This document shows, in pieces, positions 24,152 to 35,359 of a stretch of 64,000 bases of DNA. Under the pieces are notes generated by a model. That model saw only the letters and a program-made list of their open reading frames with translations, ran no database searches and was not told the DNA's origin. The DNA lies in the NCBI RefSeq assembly GCF_052425735.1, contig NC_135761.1:50406001-50470000 (forward strand). The letters are read 5' to 3'. The stretch is from Oculina patagonica. Its lineage: Eukaryota. Numbering within the stretch: position 1 is the stretch's first letter; every line of letters begins with the position of its first letter. The position numbers and the translations under genes were made by a program.

Positions 24152-25162
24152 ATGAATCCAGGTTTTCGATCGAATTTTCCCTTTGTTTGGGAGAGCGACG
24201 CCTTGGAAAATTCTTACGACGATCACAATATTAATCGGTACAGGCCAGGTCAGTATTTTTGGGAACGCTAACAAAATAATGATGCTCAATTCACCCAAAA
24301 TACTATTGCGCCAACGGCGGCGGTTTTGGCGCCCTTTCAACATCAGAGCCATCCAGGTTTCATACAACCAAGCTCCAGCCGTTTGCCAACTCCATCTCCC
24401 CCAGTTTCAGCATCGCCAGTGTCCTTTGATGCCGAAGATTCAAGCGAGGCCAGTGAAAATTCGGCCAAAGCGGGCAGAGGATATGGAAAGTGGAGGGAAG
24501 CAGAGGAGAAGCTTCTAGTTCAATTGTGGTGCGACAAACACACTCGACTTGAATCAAGGCATGCCCGACAGGTTTGGGAGGAAATCGCAAAAGAAGTTTC
24601 CAAAATCAGAAAAGTAACTAGCACCCAGTGCCAGAGGAAGATAAAGTACCTGAAAGACCGGTACAAGGAGGCTAAAGATCATAATCGCAACAAGACTGGA
24701 GGCGACAGGAAAACCTCGCCATTCTACGAAGAAATCGATTCCGTGCTGGGGTGCAGAGACATTGTGACATTCAGTCACGTCGAAGAATCTAGCCCAAGCA
24801 CCTCTGGCACCTCTTCGCGTTCTCCCGGCTCGTCAAATGACAACAACGAAAAGGATGACGAGGAGATAGACGAAGAAGAGTTCGAACAATCTCTGGCTGT
24901 GTTCGGTTTAAATAAAAAGAGGGAACGGAAGAGCCAGCGCCGGGACGAAAGAAAGCGCGCCAAAACCGCGAAAGCTACACGGAAAGAGCGTGACGAGGAT
25001 GATGACCTTTTCCGTGAAAGCATGGAAAAGTTGCAAGCTCAAGGGGATAAATTAACAAATGTGTTGGAAGCCATGGAGAAAAATCAAACTCAACAGCTCC
25101 AAATCATGAACCAATTCATGACCAATTTTATGCAAGCCATGCAGCCGAAGAATCAGGAATGA
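24152..25162 (+). CDS. Harbinger Myb/SANT-like (trihelix) DNA-binding protein; one in-frame TAA at 24269-24271
   Basis: KWREAEEKLLVQLW...VWEEIAKEV...QCQRKIKYLKDRYK...PFYEEIDSVLG, acidic/basic middle and C-terminal coiled coil; ATG at 24152 is in frame with the listed 24326 ORF. Confidence 0.88.
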
Positions 25163-25553
25163 CTGAGACTTCTTTATTCGCCTCAAAACAGAACTTGCGT
25201 GACAATTGAACAAAGGAGGCAACAATTACATCTTTTCATGTTTATTTTTTATTAAAAAGTGTAGTCAGTTATTGTTCCAGTTTACCCATCACCTGCATTA
25301 TAGTAAGTGACAGAGCCCTGATATTTTACTGATTTTCGTAAATTTTCTTGGTCGAAAATGTTATCGTGTATCGTTATTATAGTATTTGATTAAAAAATAT
25401 GGGAGTTTACATGTAATGTATTATATTAAAATTTATTGTATTTTCCTTTTACATTTAAATCCTTTCAAATCATAAAATGGTGAAATGTTCATCCAATAAA
25501 GTGTTTAACTGAAACAATATGTTTGTAATAAACTGCGAAGACTTCACATTTAT

Positions 25554-26774
25554 TCACAAATTCCACAAATATTCCCTTAAAAAGTCTCTCAGATCTGCAC
25601 CATCAGCATTTCCATCTCTGACAGGAAAATCATTGTCACTTCCATCATTATCTTCATCCCATAAATCACCAGCCTCAATACAAAAATTATGAAGGACACA
25701 ACAAGCAATGATAATCTGGTTAGTAAAGGCTATGTCGCTGTCTAGTCGTTTTTGGAGAATTCTCCAACGCCCTTTCAGCATGCCAAATGCACACTCCACT
25801 GATACACGAGCACGTGAAAGTTCTTTATTAAAATTTATTTCCTCGGGGTCACTTGTTCCCTCGTGGTACGCCTTTAGCAACCATGTGGAGAGAGGATAGG
25901 CACTGTCACCCAATAAAACGGGTTTTATTTCCCTCCCTCCAACTCTTACAGTTGGCCCGACTAGCAGTTCATTATTTGTTATGCGCTGATACAATGAGCT
26001 GTTTCTCAGGACTCTTGAATCGTGCATGCTCCCTGGAAAACCAGCAGCAACGTCCAAGAAACGCTTTTTTCCGTCAGCCACAGCTTGGACCACAACATCA
26101 TGCTGCTGCAGTCGGCTAAAATAGTCTGGTCCGCTTTCTGTAGGAGTTTTGATTTTTATGTGCGTTCCATCAATAGCTCCTATCACATTTGGGAGATCAG
26201 TTAAATCCTCAAACGTTTGTCGGGTGGCCAGAACATCTCTATTTGTCGATGGGAACTTGATGTAATCATTTTTTAAATCACACAATGCATCGACAACATC
26301 TTGAACAGCCTCGATAACGGTTGTTTTACCGACGTTAAAGTTTGGACCTATCGTGACATAGGAGTTTCCATGGGCCAAGCGGTACAGTCCCAATGCCAAA
26401 ATTTTTTCCGGTGTCACACAGTCACGCAAGAAAGTATTTTGTCTTGTAAGCCGTGGTCGGATTAAATTCAAAAGCATCGTGAATGTATCTCTGTTTAAGC
26501 GAAGCTGTCTCCGGAAATAATCACCTGGAATTGTTGGATCAAAATAGTGCATTTCAAACCACGACTGGTTAGGTCTTGGCAAGACCCAAAATCGTGGAAG
26601 GCGACGGCCACGTCGTCTTCTTCGCCGTTGATTTAACATCAAAACTTGTGCCTGAAGTGCTCGTATTTGAAGGATACATGAAAGGAGGATGACTCTTTGC
26701 GCATCGTTAGCTGCACTCAAGTTTAAAAGGTAGAAATAGAGACCCAGAAACAGAGCAAGTTCTCGTTGATTCAT
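25554..26774 (-). CDS. Harbinger DDE transposase (HARBI1-like, DDE_Tnp_4), 406 aa
   Basis: FRRQLRL...F, HTH region LALGLYRLAHG, GAIDGTH, GSMHDSRV, LLGDSAYP, RVSVECAFGMLKGRW, CCVLHNFC; first ATG at 26774. Confidence 0.95.
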   Translation of the reverse strand: MNQRELALFLGLYFYLLNLSAANDAQRVILLSCILQIRALQAQVLMLNQRRRRRRGRRLPRFWVLPRPNQSWFEMHYFDPTIPGDYFRRQLRLNRDTFTMLLNLIRPRLTRQNTFLRDCVTPEKILALGLYRLAHGNSYVTIGPNFNVGKTTVIEAVQDVVDALCDLKNDYIKFPSTNRDVLATRQTFEDLTDLPNVIGAIDGTHIKIKTPTESGPDYFSRLQQHDVVVQAVADGKKRFLDVAAGFPGSMHDSRVLRNSSLYQRITNNELLVGPTVRVGGREIKPVLLGDSAYPLSTWLLKAYHEGTSDPEEINFNKELSRARVSVECAFGMLKGRWRILQKRLDSDIAFTNQIIIACCVLHNFCIEAGDLWDEDNDGSDNDFPVRDGNADGADLRDFLREYLWNL

Positions 26775-27405
26775 TGTTATTGCTTCTGTCCTCCAATTTG
26801 AATAAATTATAAAAGAGCGCGGAATCAAAATTATGCAAGAAATGGCGCGCCGGATAAAGTGACAGGCTTTTGTTTACTTTTACGGAATGTCACGGATGAT
26901 TGTCTCTACAAGTGCGACCCAAAACTGCAATGTTCAATATTGTCTGAGACAAGTTCAGAGACAATTTTGTCGGTAACATCTTGGAACATTTCAGAAATTT
27001 GTCTCAAGTGCGACCCGGGCCTTACTTCTGGCGGGTTTTTCCTATCCGCGTTAATTTGTTTATTCTGTAGTTAAATCACCGAAGTAGGAAGAACACACCA
27101 CTTTTAAACGTTGGAAAGAGTACAGAACAAGTAGAGAACAAAATTTACATGAAAATTTGTAAGAATGTGGTCGAGTCAGATGCAATGTAGGGGACATAAT
27201 GCTAGCTGAGAGTCTTAGCGAAATATAGTTTCTCCATGTCCTCTGTTATTTTTCACTGAGAACTTTGCGTAGTTCTCCTTTTTTTTAAATTTTTATAATA
27301 TGAATGTTATGAGTGAAAACGTTTTGTGAAAGTTTTGTATTTCTTATCTGATAACAGCCTTTCTCAGAATAAATTGATTAGTTTATTCATATTTTTTATA
27401 ACTTA

Positions 27406-27821
27406 CCGTATTTAATCGATTAAACGCCTCCCTCGAATAAGCGCTACATGTTAGAACAGAAATATTAATAAACGTCGCCCTCGAATAAACGCCGCATCAT
27501 GATCATGCGGCATTCATTTGAATAACAGACTCGGAAAGCAAATGCAGTAATAATCAAGCTTGAGCAGGCCAAAACAAATATTTTTCTTGATTGTAACAAG
27601 GTTTTAAGGTATTGAAATTGACTTTTCAGGCATGTACTAAAACATGTTTCTGTTTTTGTTTTTTTTAATTAAAGTGTTCAGTTACCATACTATTGTTTAC
27701 AAGAAATAAATTGAATTTTAAATGAACGGCGCCCTCGTATAAACGCTTCCCTCTAATAAACGCCGCACTCGAATCACGAAAAATTAAATAAACGCCGTGG
27801 CGTTTAATCAAATAAATATGA
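27406..27821. mobile_element. Tc1/mariner-type MITE nested in the Helentron-like element
   Basis: TA|CCGTATTTAATCGATTAAACGCC ... GGCGTTTAATCAAATAAATATGA|TA; internal CTCGAATAAACGCC repeats. Confidence 0.75.
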
Positions 27822-30116
27822 TACATAAAAGAATATAGCACAGTTTCTAAAATGTTATGCAAAAGATCATGAAATTTTCTTAAGTTATAACAACCAAACT
27901 GATCCTGAAGTTTTAATGTAGGATAAGGGCTTGGAAAAAAATAAATTCCAGATTTCCCTGTGGCTGACAAGCAGCTCTCAAATTTTGCTTGCCTAGGACT
28001 GTGCATGATTGTGTTTCTTAGTAAACTTGTGACTGTATAATTTACATCTAGACGACTTGCCTGGGCCTTTTAACCTATTACGCAAACAGGCATGAAAAAT
28101 TAATTGCTTGACAGAAAAATCTACTTGCCCCAGACAATTAGAGGGTACTTTTTTTAGCCCTGTGGCTATGAGCATTGCTTTCTTGAAGGTTGCACATGAC
28201 TTGTACAATTCTTTAAGCCTTTCAAAGTTTTCCAACTTAAAGCAGTGACTAAATCACATATTTTTGCCAATTTTTTTTCTACAAGAGAAGTAGGATTAGT
28301 ATTTGATCGTGAAAAAAATAAGTTCAAAATTGGCCTGTCTGCGATGACTCGAGGATATAATTAAAAGTAAATAATACATGTACAACAAGTTTTTTGAGGT
28401 CAATTCAGTGAGAAGTATTTATAGAGGGTGTAAGATGCAGTTTGAAGTTGTCATTTATTTTGGTAAATCTGTTGTCTTTCTAAAACTTGCTATGATAGGA
28501 TTTCCATACTTTTTGCCAGGATGCAAGTTAAGAATTTTACAGGTTTTTGATATGTATAAATTTTGTTTTCAGTGCAGGGAAAACAGTCAAGGGGTGCAGT
28601 TAGTGAAATTGGTGATGCAGGTAATCATAACATTAGTGTCAGCTTATACCTTTCTTTATCTAGATATTAAAGAAGCTCCATGATACATTAGTGCATGAAA
28701 CTTGTTTTTCAAGTGTAAAACTTTTGGGTGTGAAAAATGGTATGTGTTTTAACCCCTTGGTAAGTTTACATTGTATGTTTCCCTAAAATCCTCGTTCAAT
28801 TGAGGAATTTAATATACACAATTTATATGTAACAGCACATGTACATAAAATGTTTTTATTGTTCAAGAAAAATGTTTTCGTTGTTCATACAATGCACCCC
28901 TCCCCCACCATGGAGGAGGGGTATGAGGGCAAAGACCCAACAAGATCTGCTACCTGACCCGACAAAATACCGGAATACTTGTAATGATTTTGTGGGAGAA
29001 GTGCAAATTGACCTGTTGTGTTTGAATTCCTTTTGTTAATACCTTAAACCTTAATAGCTAATAAGCTCAAGCCCTAACTTAACATAAATTGTCTTGTTGT
29101 GGTACCAGGCAAATGTAGAAATAGAACTTAAACTCAGCTGAAATTTTACGTGAACACAAAGACTTAGTAAAATTTTAGAGCTGCTTAGGCCAGAAAAGCC
29201 AGCTGGGCTTGTTGATGAGCCGGCTCAGTATTTTCTTAGCTATATCCCTGATAAAAGTTTTAGGGAGAATATGTAAGCTTTCCTGGACTTAATCACAGTA
29301 CTTTCAACAGCACCTGTCAGAGATAAATATAAGAGTCTTAAAAGACACATCATTTTGTAGGGAACTCTTGAATTAAGCCGGTGTTTCACACCCCAAAACA
29401 TTCATCAAAGCCTCGCCATGTGCCGGGTCTTATTGATAGCACTATTAGTGTCTTCAGTAGTTAAAAAAAGGTTTTCCTGACACACTCACTCTGAAAGGAC
29501 TTTTTGGTTCTAAACATATCCCCCAACACATTCCCTGGCCCATGCAAAAATTGGAAAAATAACTCTCTTTTTTATGTATCTGTATAATGTTCTGAATAAA
29601 TTAAATTAAAATTATAAATATTCATTTGATGTCAATGATCATCAACAAAATGGTATCTGTTATTTTCCCTTTTTCAGGGTTAACACGAGTAGCAGAATTT
29701 CCACAGAGAGTTGCAGACACAGAGAGAGATAAATGAACAATCAGAATATATTATTTCTTCATTGCATGTACAACTAATACTTATGTACTCTGTGTGAAAA
29801 TATACAATTTATGAAGTCAGGTGTAATTTTAAAGTTAATGAAATAGAGCCAGATAAGGTTCAACCATGTTCGTATTTCTTAAGGGATCTCTGACAACACA
29901 ATATAGATAGATAGATGGATAGATGCTTTATTAAAACTAAATTGCAACCCAAGGGTTAAATAATATAGTTTTTACAAAAAATTACAATGGTTAAAAAGGT
30001 TAAAATTACTTATATACACAAAATGAAATATACAGCTATAAAAAGTCAAACATTTAAAATTTGAGCGCATTGCTAGAATAAAAAAATATAAAAATCATCC
30101 GGCTACCCAAACATTT

Positions 30117-30424
30117 GTGGGAGGTGTGGTGACCTAATGGTTATTGTGCTGGACTCCGGATCGAGCGGTCCGGGTTCGAGACCTGGCCCGGGCACTACGT
30201 TGCGTTCTTAGGCAAGACACTTTACTCTCATAGTTCTTCTCTTCACCCAGGTGTATAAATGGGTACCGGCTTATTTACTGCTGGGGGGGGGGGGGGGATT
30301 AACCCTGCAATGGACTAGCATCCCATCCAGGGGGAGTAGAAATACCCCTAGCCGCTTAATAATGCTTCAGAAACCTGGTTACGCTCCAGCCTGATGAGCC
30401 ACTTGGCTCAACAGCAGGCTTTAC
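30117..30424 (+). mobile_element. tRNA-derived SINE with 14 bp TSD
   Basis: A box GGTGACCTAATGG, B box GGTTCGAGACC; CTACCCAAACATTT duplicated at 30103-30116 and 30425-30438. Confidence 0.92.
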
Positions 30425-31537
30425 CTACCCAAACATTTAATTCCCAGTGCCCACACTGTGAAGAACAGTAATCATGATAATGAGATACACAGTTCATCAA
30501 TCTCTAAATTAATATCACATGTTGCAATACAATAATAACTGATGAAATATATGTTGTTCATAGGCAAATTTTTACTTCATCACCAAAACCAAACTCAGTC
30601 ATTAAATAATAAAACATTAAACACAGCTGTTTTGTTTTGTGGGTGTGTCTCACAGATCAGTTATTTGTTGTTAAGCCTTCTGTTTCAGTAGAACTAATTT
30701 AATAGCCATATTTTTTTCTCATGCTTGCATGGTTTAATATACAAGCAAATCCATGGTAAAATTTTTGCCAAACAATCTATACAGACTATACCTGAGTTTA
30801 GGACTAACAAACAGTATGTCTGCCTCTCCAGAATTTTTCTGATCTTAGTTTACATGCAATTAAGTAAAGTGAAGCCCCTCAAGGACAAAGGGACTCATAC
30901 GAAGGGAAAATGGTGTTATCATTTTGGGGAAACCTATTTGGCAGAATGATAAATGCCACTATTTTGCTTGCGGCTGGCTTTTACTCCGGTTTGCTAGCAG
31001 TCAGCTGTTATTTTTAGTATCGGGAAATAATACTGTCACTGTTCCAATAGGGCCCCCGTTTGGGTGGTGGGGGGGTGGGGGGTGGGGGGGTGGGACAAGC
31101 TACATGCAAAACTTTCCAGTTGTATGCTTTGTACAGCTATAACATACCAGTTATGGTGGGTGTATGGATATTTTCTAGAGCAACGCTTTCTTTGTTCTAG
31201 TTTCTCTTTGAGAGTTTATATACCTTTGGGAGGTTATGCACAAACTGCTAGATGATTATCCTCTTTTGATTGATCAACTATTTTTACTTTTATTTGGTGC
31301 TGTTGTTCATGGTGAAAACAATACATAATATATATAAAGAAAATAACACGAATAAAAAATCATTCTAAAAAAGATGTAAAGGGCATATAACCTGGGAGCT
31401 CCGCTTTTAGGCTTGCCTAAATCTATATATTAAAATAGGCGAGCTAGTGTTGCGAACTTCCTATTCATGAATTACAGTCAAGAAGGTAAAGAGATTACTA
31501 TTTCCCTTCTGTAACGTTGCAATTGTATTATTTCGTA

Positions 31538-32443
31538 TTATGTGTTATTTAAACGCAGTGTGCTTGAAAAGGAAACAAGCCTTATACTTGTAGGAGCATC
31601 GGTCAACGGGTAAAGCTCTCGACGTGAGGTAAAACTGCATCTGCACCTGGCAAGTATATTGAAGAGCGCATTTCTATACCTTTGCATTCTTATGCAATAA
31701 ATAATGCAATTGCTGAAAGAATTGCCATACTGAAGAAGCTTAATCGCGTAGACAACTACAGCGGGAACGCTCTTACATGGCGAACACATATTCAAAACAA
31801 TTACTAGCACTTGGAATGGCAGCCATGTCAATACAAAAAATCCTGTTATCAAAAGCAGGGTCTTGGACAGCTTAACCTCGCTCCTCGCTGTTACTCCATT
31901 TTGTAGTCGAGAAGCTTGCTTTCTCCAGATGACACCGTAAGAAGCACAATAGATCAACAAAGGTGTTGTTAAGCTGATAATCATAACAACAACAAATTGG
32001 TGGATTTTCATGACGGGAAATGCAAGCAACAGTCGAGTCGAGGTGACAATAAGGGAAAGGACCCACGGCGTTATCATGGCAATGACGTAGCTATTCGAGG
32101 AGAGCTGACGATGACGCAATGGCCGAGCAATAGCGTTTAGTCTTTCAAGAGAAATAACAGCCAAGGTAAAAATTGAGCAAAAACCTGTAAACATATCCAC
32201 ACAATCAAATACGAGTCGTGACACCAGTTTCTCCCGAGACATGACCGTCATCATATAAATCGGAATTGCAAATAATCCAACCAACAGATCAGCTATGGCC
32301 AAATCAATTAACAGGTAATGACAACGTTTTCGAAGCCTTCGCTTGAGAAGAACTGAAATGGACAGTGAGTTACCAACAATGGTTAAAAACGCTATTGATC
32401 CAAAGCACATGTTCCAGAACGGGTTCCATTTGTTTAAGTCCAT
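31538..32443 (-). CDS. Class A GPCR, copy C (B/D chimera), 301 aa
   Basis: 7TM ORF from MDLNKW; body matches B, C-terminus and 3' flank match D. Confidence 0.93.
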   Translation of the reverse strand: MDLNKWNPFWNMCFGSIAFLTIVGNSLSISVLLKRRLRKRCHYLLIDLAIADLLVGLFAIPIYMMTVMSREKLVSRLVFDCVDMFTGFCSIFTLAVISLERLNAIARPLRHRQLSSNSYVIAMITPWVLSLIVTSTRLLLAFPVMKIHQFVVVMIISLTTPLLIYCASYGVIWRKQASRLQNGVTARSEVKLSKTLLLITGFFVLTWLPFQVLVIVLNMCSPCKSVPAVVVYAIKLLQYGNSFSNCIIYCIRMQRYRNALFNILARCRCSFTSRRELYPLTDAPTSIRLVSFSSTLRLNNT

Positions 32444-33309
32444 AATGACGTACTCGATTAGGCAGATATCTGCATCAAGGAACAAACAACGCTAACTAAA
32501 GTAAATGTATGATAGTTTCTGTAATGACGACGTTATCTACAACAAACACAAAATGTTTCATATTCAATTGTAAACTGTTCTGAAATGACGTCCGGCACTT
32601 ATTACGCCAGATATGTAATTTGATTAATGGTGCCATTCGGTATTGCAAGAAAAGAAAGCCAATGTAGCCTTCTTACCTTTTAGTAAATAGAGAACTCGAA
32701 ATCCACGCTTGAAGTCAAGGAGCAAGGAGCAAACACTTGTTCAGCAACCAGTTATCAACTAATTATTGAAAAGAAACTTTTTTTTGTGGGTAAAGAAAAA
32801 CAATCCAAATTATGTACTTGAAAGTCTTACGTCAATAACCGTCAAAACAAAACAAAAACATATTGTCCAAAAATAGATACCTGGTTTGAACATTGGGTTT
32901 TACTTTTCGAGCTTTAAGATTTAAGAAACTTCAGGTGTATATAATTTGCTTATAACAATGTCTTTTCAAAACCGTTGAACCGAATTTATGAATGCGATAA
33001 GCAACATCTTTCGCAGGATTTTAAATCTTATTTAAAATTGGAATTGGATTTTTTTATTTCATTTCTTTTAATTATTATTATTGAAAAAGGTAAATACGTA
33101 ATATGGGAAGGAAAAAGACATGAAAGGTTATAACTGTTATACTATATATTGACTGGTATACAACTATTCCACCTGTCCTTCTTTGCTCGAGGGCTATGAC
33201 GTCATTCAGCAATGCAATGGATTGACAACGTTAGAAAACATTAAAACGTTACAACGAAGCACCCGCCAACTACTTTGTTCCTATGACAGTTTTTATTAGG
33301 CGCAAAAGG

Positions 33310-33730
33310 AAAAAAATGTATTTTTCTTCGTTTTTGCAAGTAGTTGACGATAAAGGAAGAGGACTCCGTCGATCGTATATCCATATCAAAATTCCGGTGT
33401 CTAATAACAACTTGGCTTTAAGCGAGTAATGGAAAGTGCATCTTTAAGAAAAGTGCATCTTTCTTTGTTTGTGCAAGTAATTAACGATTAAGGAATAGGT
33501 CTCAGTCGATCGTATATCCATATCAAAATTCCGGTATTTAATAGAAACTTGGCTTTAAGCAAGTGATGGAAACTGCATCTTTAAGGAAAGTGTATCTTCC
33601 TTTTTTTGTGCAAGTAGTTAATTATTAAGGAAGAAGCCCCCGTCCATCTAATATCCATATCAATATACCGGTGTCTGATAGAAGTTTGGCTTTAAGCGAA
33701 TAAGGAAAAGTGCATTTTCAAGGAAAAGTG
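33310..33730. repeat. Minisatellite upstream of C (3 units)
   Basis: Near-identical to 21610-22030. Confidence 0.85.
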
Positions 33731-33961
33731 CATCCGATTAATTTTAACCAATCAAAAAAAAATTTAACCAATCAGCGTCGCAAGCGGGAAAACCATTCAA
33801 GCGCGTACGCGTACAGCGAGCCTTGAAGTTAACGCAGCCTCGAAGAGTTTGTCACTGAGCGAATTGTGTTCGTAAAGAAAAATCAAAGTCTATTCGTTGT
33901 AAATGGAACAAAATGCAGCCAAAAAAATCGGATTTAGAAGAAAATGCGAAAGGTAAAGAGA

Positions 33962-34130
33962 CATCTCATCTCATCTCATCACATCTCATCGGATCTGATT
34001 TGATCTGATCTGATCTCAACTCATCTCATCTCATTTCATCTCATCGCATCTCATTACATCACATCTCATTACATCTCATCTCATCTCACCTCATCTCATC
34101 TCATCTCATCTCATCTCATCTCATCTCATT
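33962..34130. repeat. (CATCT)n microsatellite
   Basis: Pentanucleotide run. Confidence 0.95.
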
Positions 34131-34453
34131 TGATCTTACTTCAATGAAGTATTCTTTACACCCCTTTCATTTTCTCCCAAATAAGAGAAAGCAAGTTAAA
34201 TTGTTCAACTTGAAACAAACAGCAATGTTAATGATTTTTTTATATAGTTTCCTTGACGTGCCAACGCGAGATTAGTCTGCGATATTTTTTTTTTAATTCT
34301 TATTAGTCTTTACGGTATTACAGAGATCTTACATGTGTAATATTTATAAAATAGACGAGCTAGTGTTGCGAACTTCCTATTCATGAATTACAGTCAAGAA
34401 GGTAAAGAGATTACTATTTCCCTTCTGTAACGTTGCAATTGTATTATTTCGTA

Positions 34454-35359
34454 TTATGTGTTATTTAAACGCAGTGTGCTTGAAAAGGAAACAAGCCTTA
34501 TACCTGTAGGAGCATCGGTCAACGGGTAAAGCTCTCGACGTGAGGTAAAACTGCATCTGCACCTGGCAAGTATATTGAAGAGCGCATTTCTATACCCTTG
34601 CATTCTTATGCAATAAATAATGCAATTGCTGAAAGAATTACCGAACTGAAGAAGCTTAATCGCGTAGACAACTACAGCGGGAACGCTCTTACATGGCGAA
34701 CACATATTCAACACAATTACTAGCACTTGGAATGGCAGCCATGTCAATACAAAAGTTCCTGTTATCAAAAGCAGGGTCTTGGACAGCTTAACCTCGCTCC
34801 TTGCTGTTACTCCATTTTGTAGTCGAGAAGCTTGCTTTCTCCAGATGACACCATGAGAAGCACAATAGACCAAAAGAGGTGTTGTTAAGCTGATAATCAT
34901 AACAACAACAAATTGGTGGATTTTCATGACGGAAAATCCAAGCAACAGTCGAGTTGAGGTGAAAATAAAGGAAAGGACCCACGGCGTTACCATGGCAATT
35001 ACGTAGCTATTCGAGGAGAGCTGACGATGACGCAATGGCCGAGCAATAGCGTTTAGTCTTTCAAGAGAAATAACAGCCAAGGTAAAAATTGAGCAAAAAC
35101 CTGTAAACATATCCACACAATCAAATACGAGTCGTGACACCAGTTTCTCTTCAGACATGACTGTAATCATATAAATCGGAATTGCAAATAAACCAACCAG
35201 CAGATCAGCTATGGCCAAATTAATTAACAGGTAATGACAACGTTTTCGAAGCCTTCGCTTGAGAAGAATTGAAATGGACAGTGAGTTACCAACAATGGTT
35301 AACAACGCTATTGATCCAAAGCACATGTTCCAGAACGGCCTCCAGTTGTTGAAGTCCAT
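34454..35359 (-). CDS. Class A GPCR, copy D, 301 aa
   Basis: 7TM ORF from MDFNNW; GN, LAIAD, ERL, TWLPF, NCIIY. Confidence 0.94.
   Translation of the reverse strand: MDFNNWRPFWNMCFGSIALLTIVGNSLSISILLKRRLRKRCHYLLINLAIADLLVGLFAIPIYMITVMSEEKLVSRLVFDCVDMFTGFCSIFTLAVISLERLNAIARPLRHRQLSSNSYVIAMVTPWVLSFIFTSTRLLLGFSVMKIHQFVVVMIISLTTPLLVYCASHGVIWRKQASRLQNGVTARSEVKLSKTLLLITGTFVLTWLPFQVLVIVLNMCSPCKSVPAVVVYAIKLLQFGNSFSNCIIYCIRMQGYRNALFNILARCRCSFTSRRELYPLTDAPTGIRLVSFSSTLRLNNT

Larger units (their letters stand above)
23839..27021. mobile_element. Full-length PIF/Harbinger DNA transposon
   Basis: 24 bp TIR GGCCCGGGTCGCACTTGAGACAAA / TTTGTCTCAAGTGCGACCCGGGCC; TTA TSD (23836-23838, 27022-27024); two convergent ORFs; empty site at 155-157. 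Confidence 0.97.
22831..31431 (+). mobile_element. Non-autonomous Helentron/DINE-1-like (HINE) element, ~8.6 kb with nested insertions
   Basis: 13 bp subTIR AGCGGAGCTCCCA (22831-22843) / TGGGAGCTCCGCT (31393-31405); 3' hairpin TTTAGGC-TT-GCCTAAA (31406-31421); GTAC/GTCC microsatellite at ~22945-22970; T-rich site with no clear TSD; empty site at ~34347. Confidence 0.8.

Noticed and set aside
25554-26774. Domesticated HARBI1 host gene
   Set aside because: Bounded by perfect TIRs and a TSD with an empty site in the window, so it is a transposon copy.
30117-30195. tRNA gene candidates (also ~10820-10898, 38687 and 40230)
   Set aside because: A/B boxes continue into SINE bodies, one with a clear TSD; no convincing cloverleaf.
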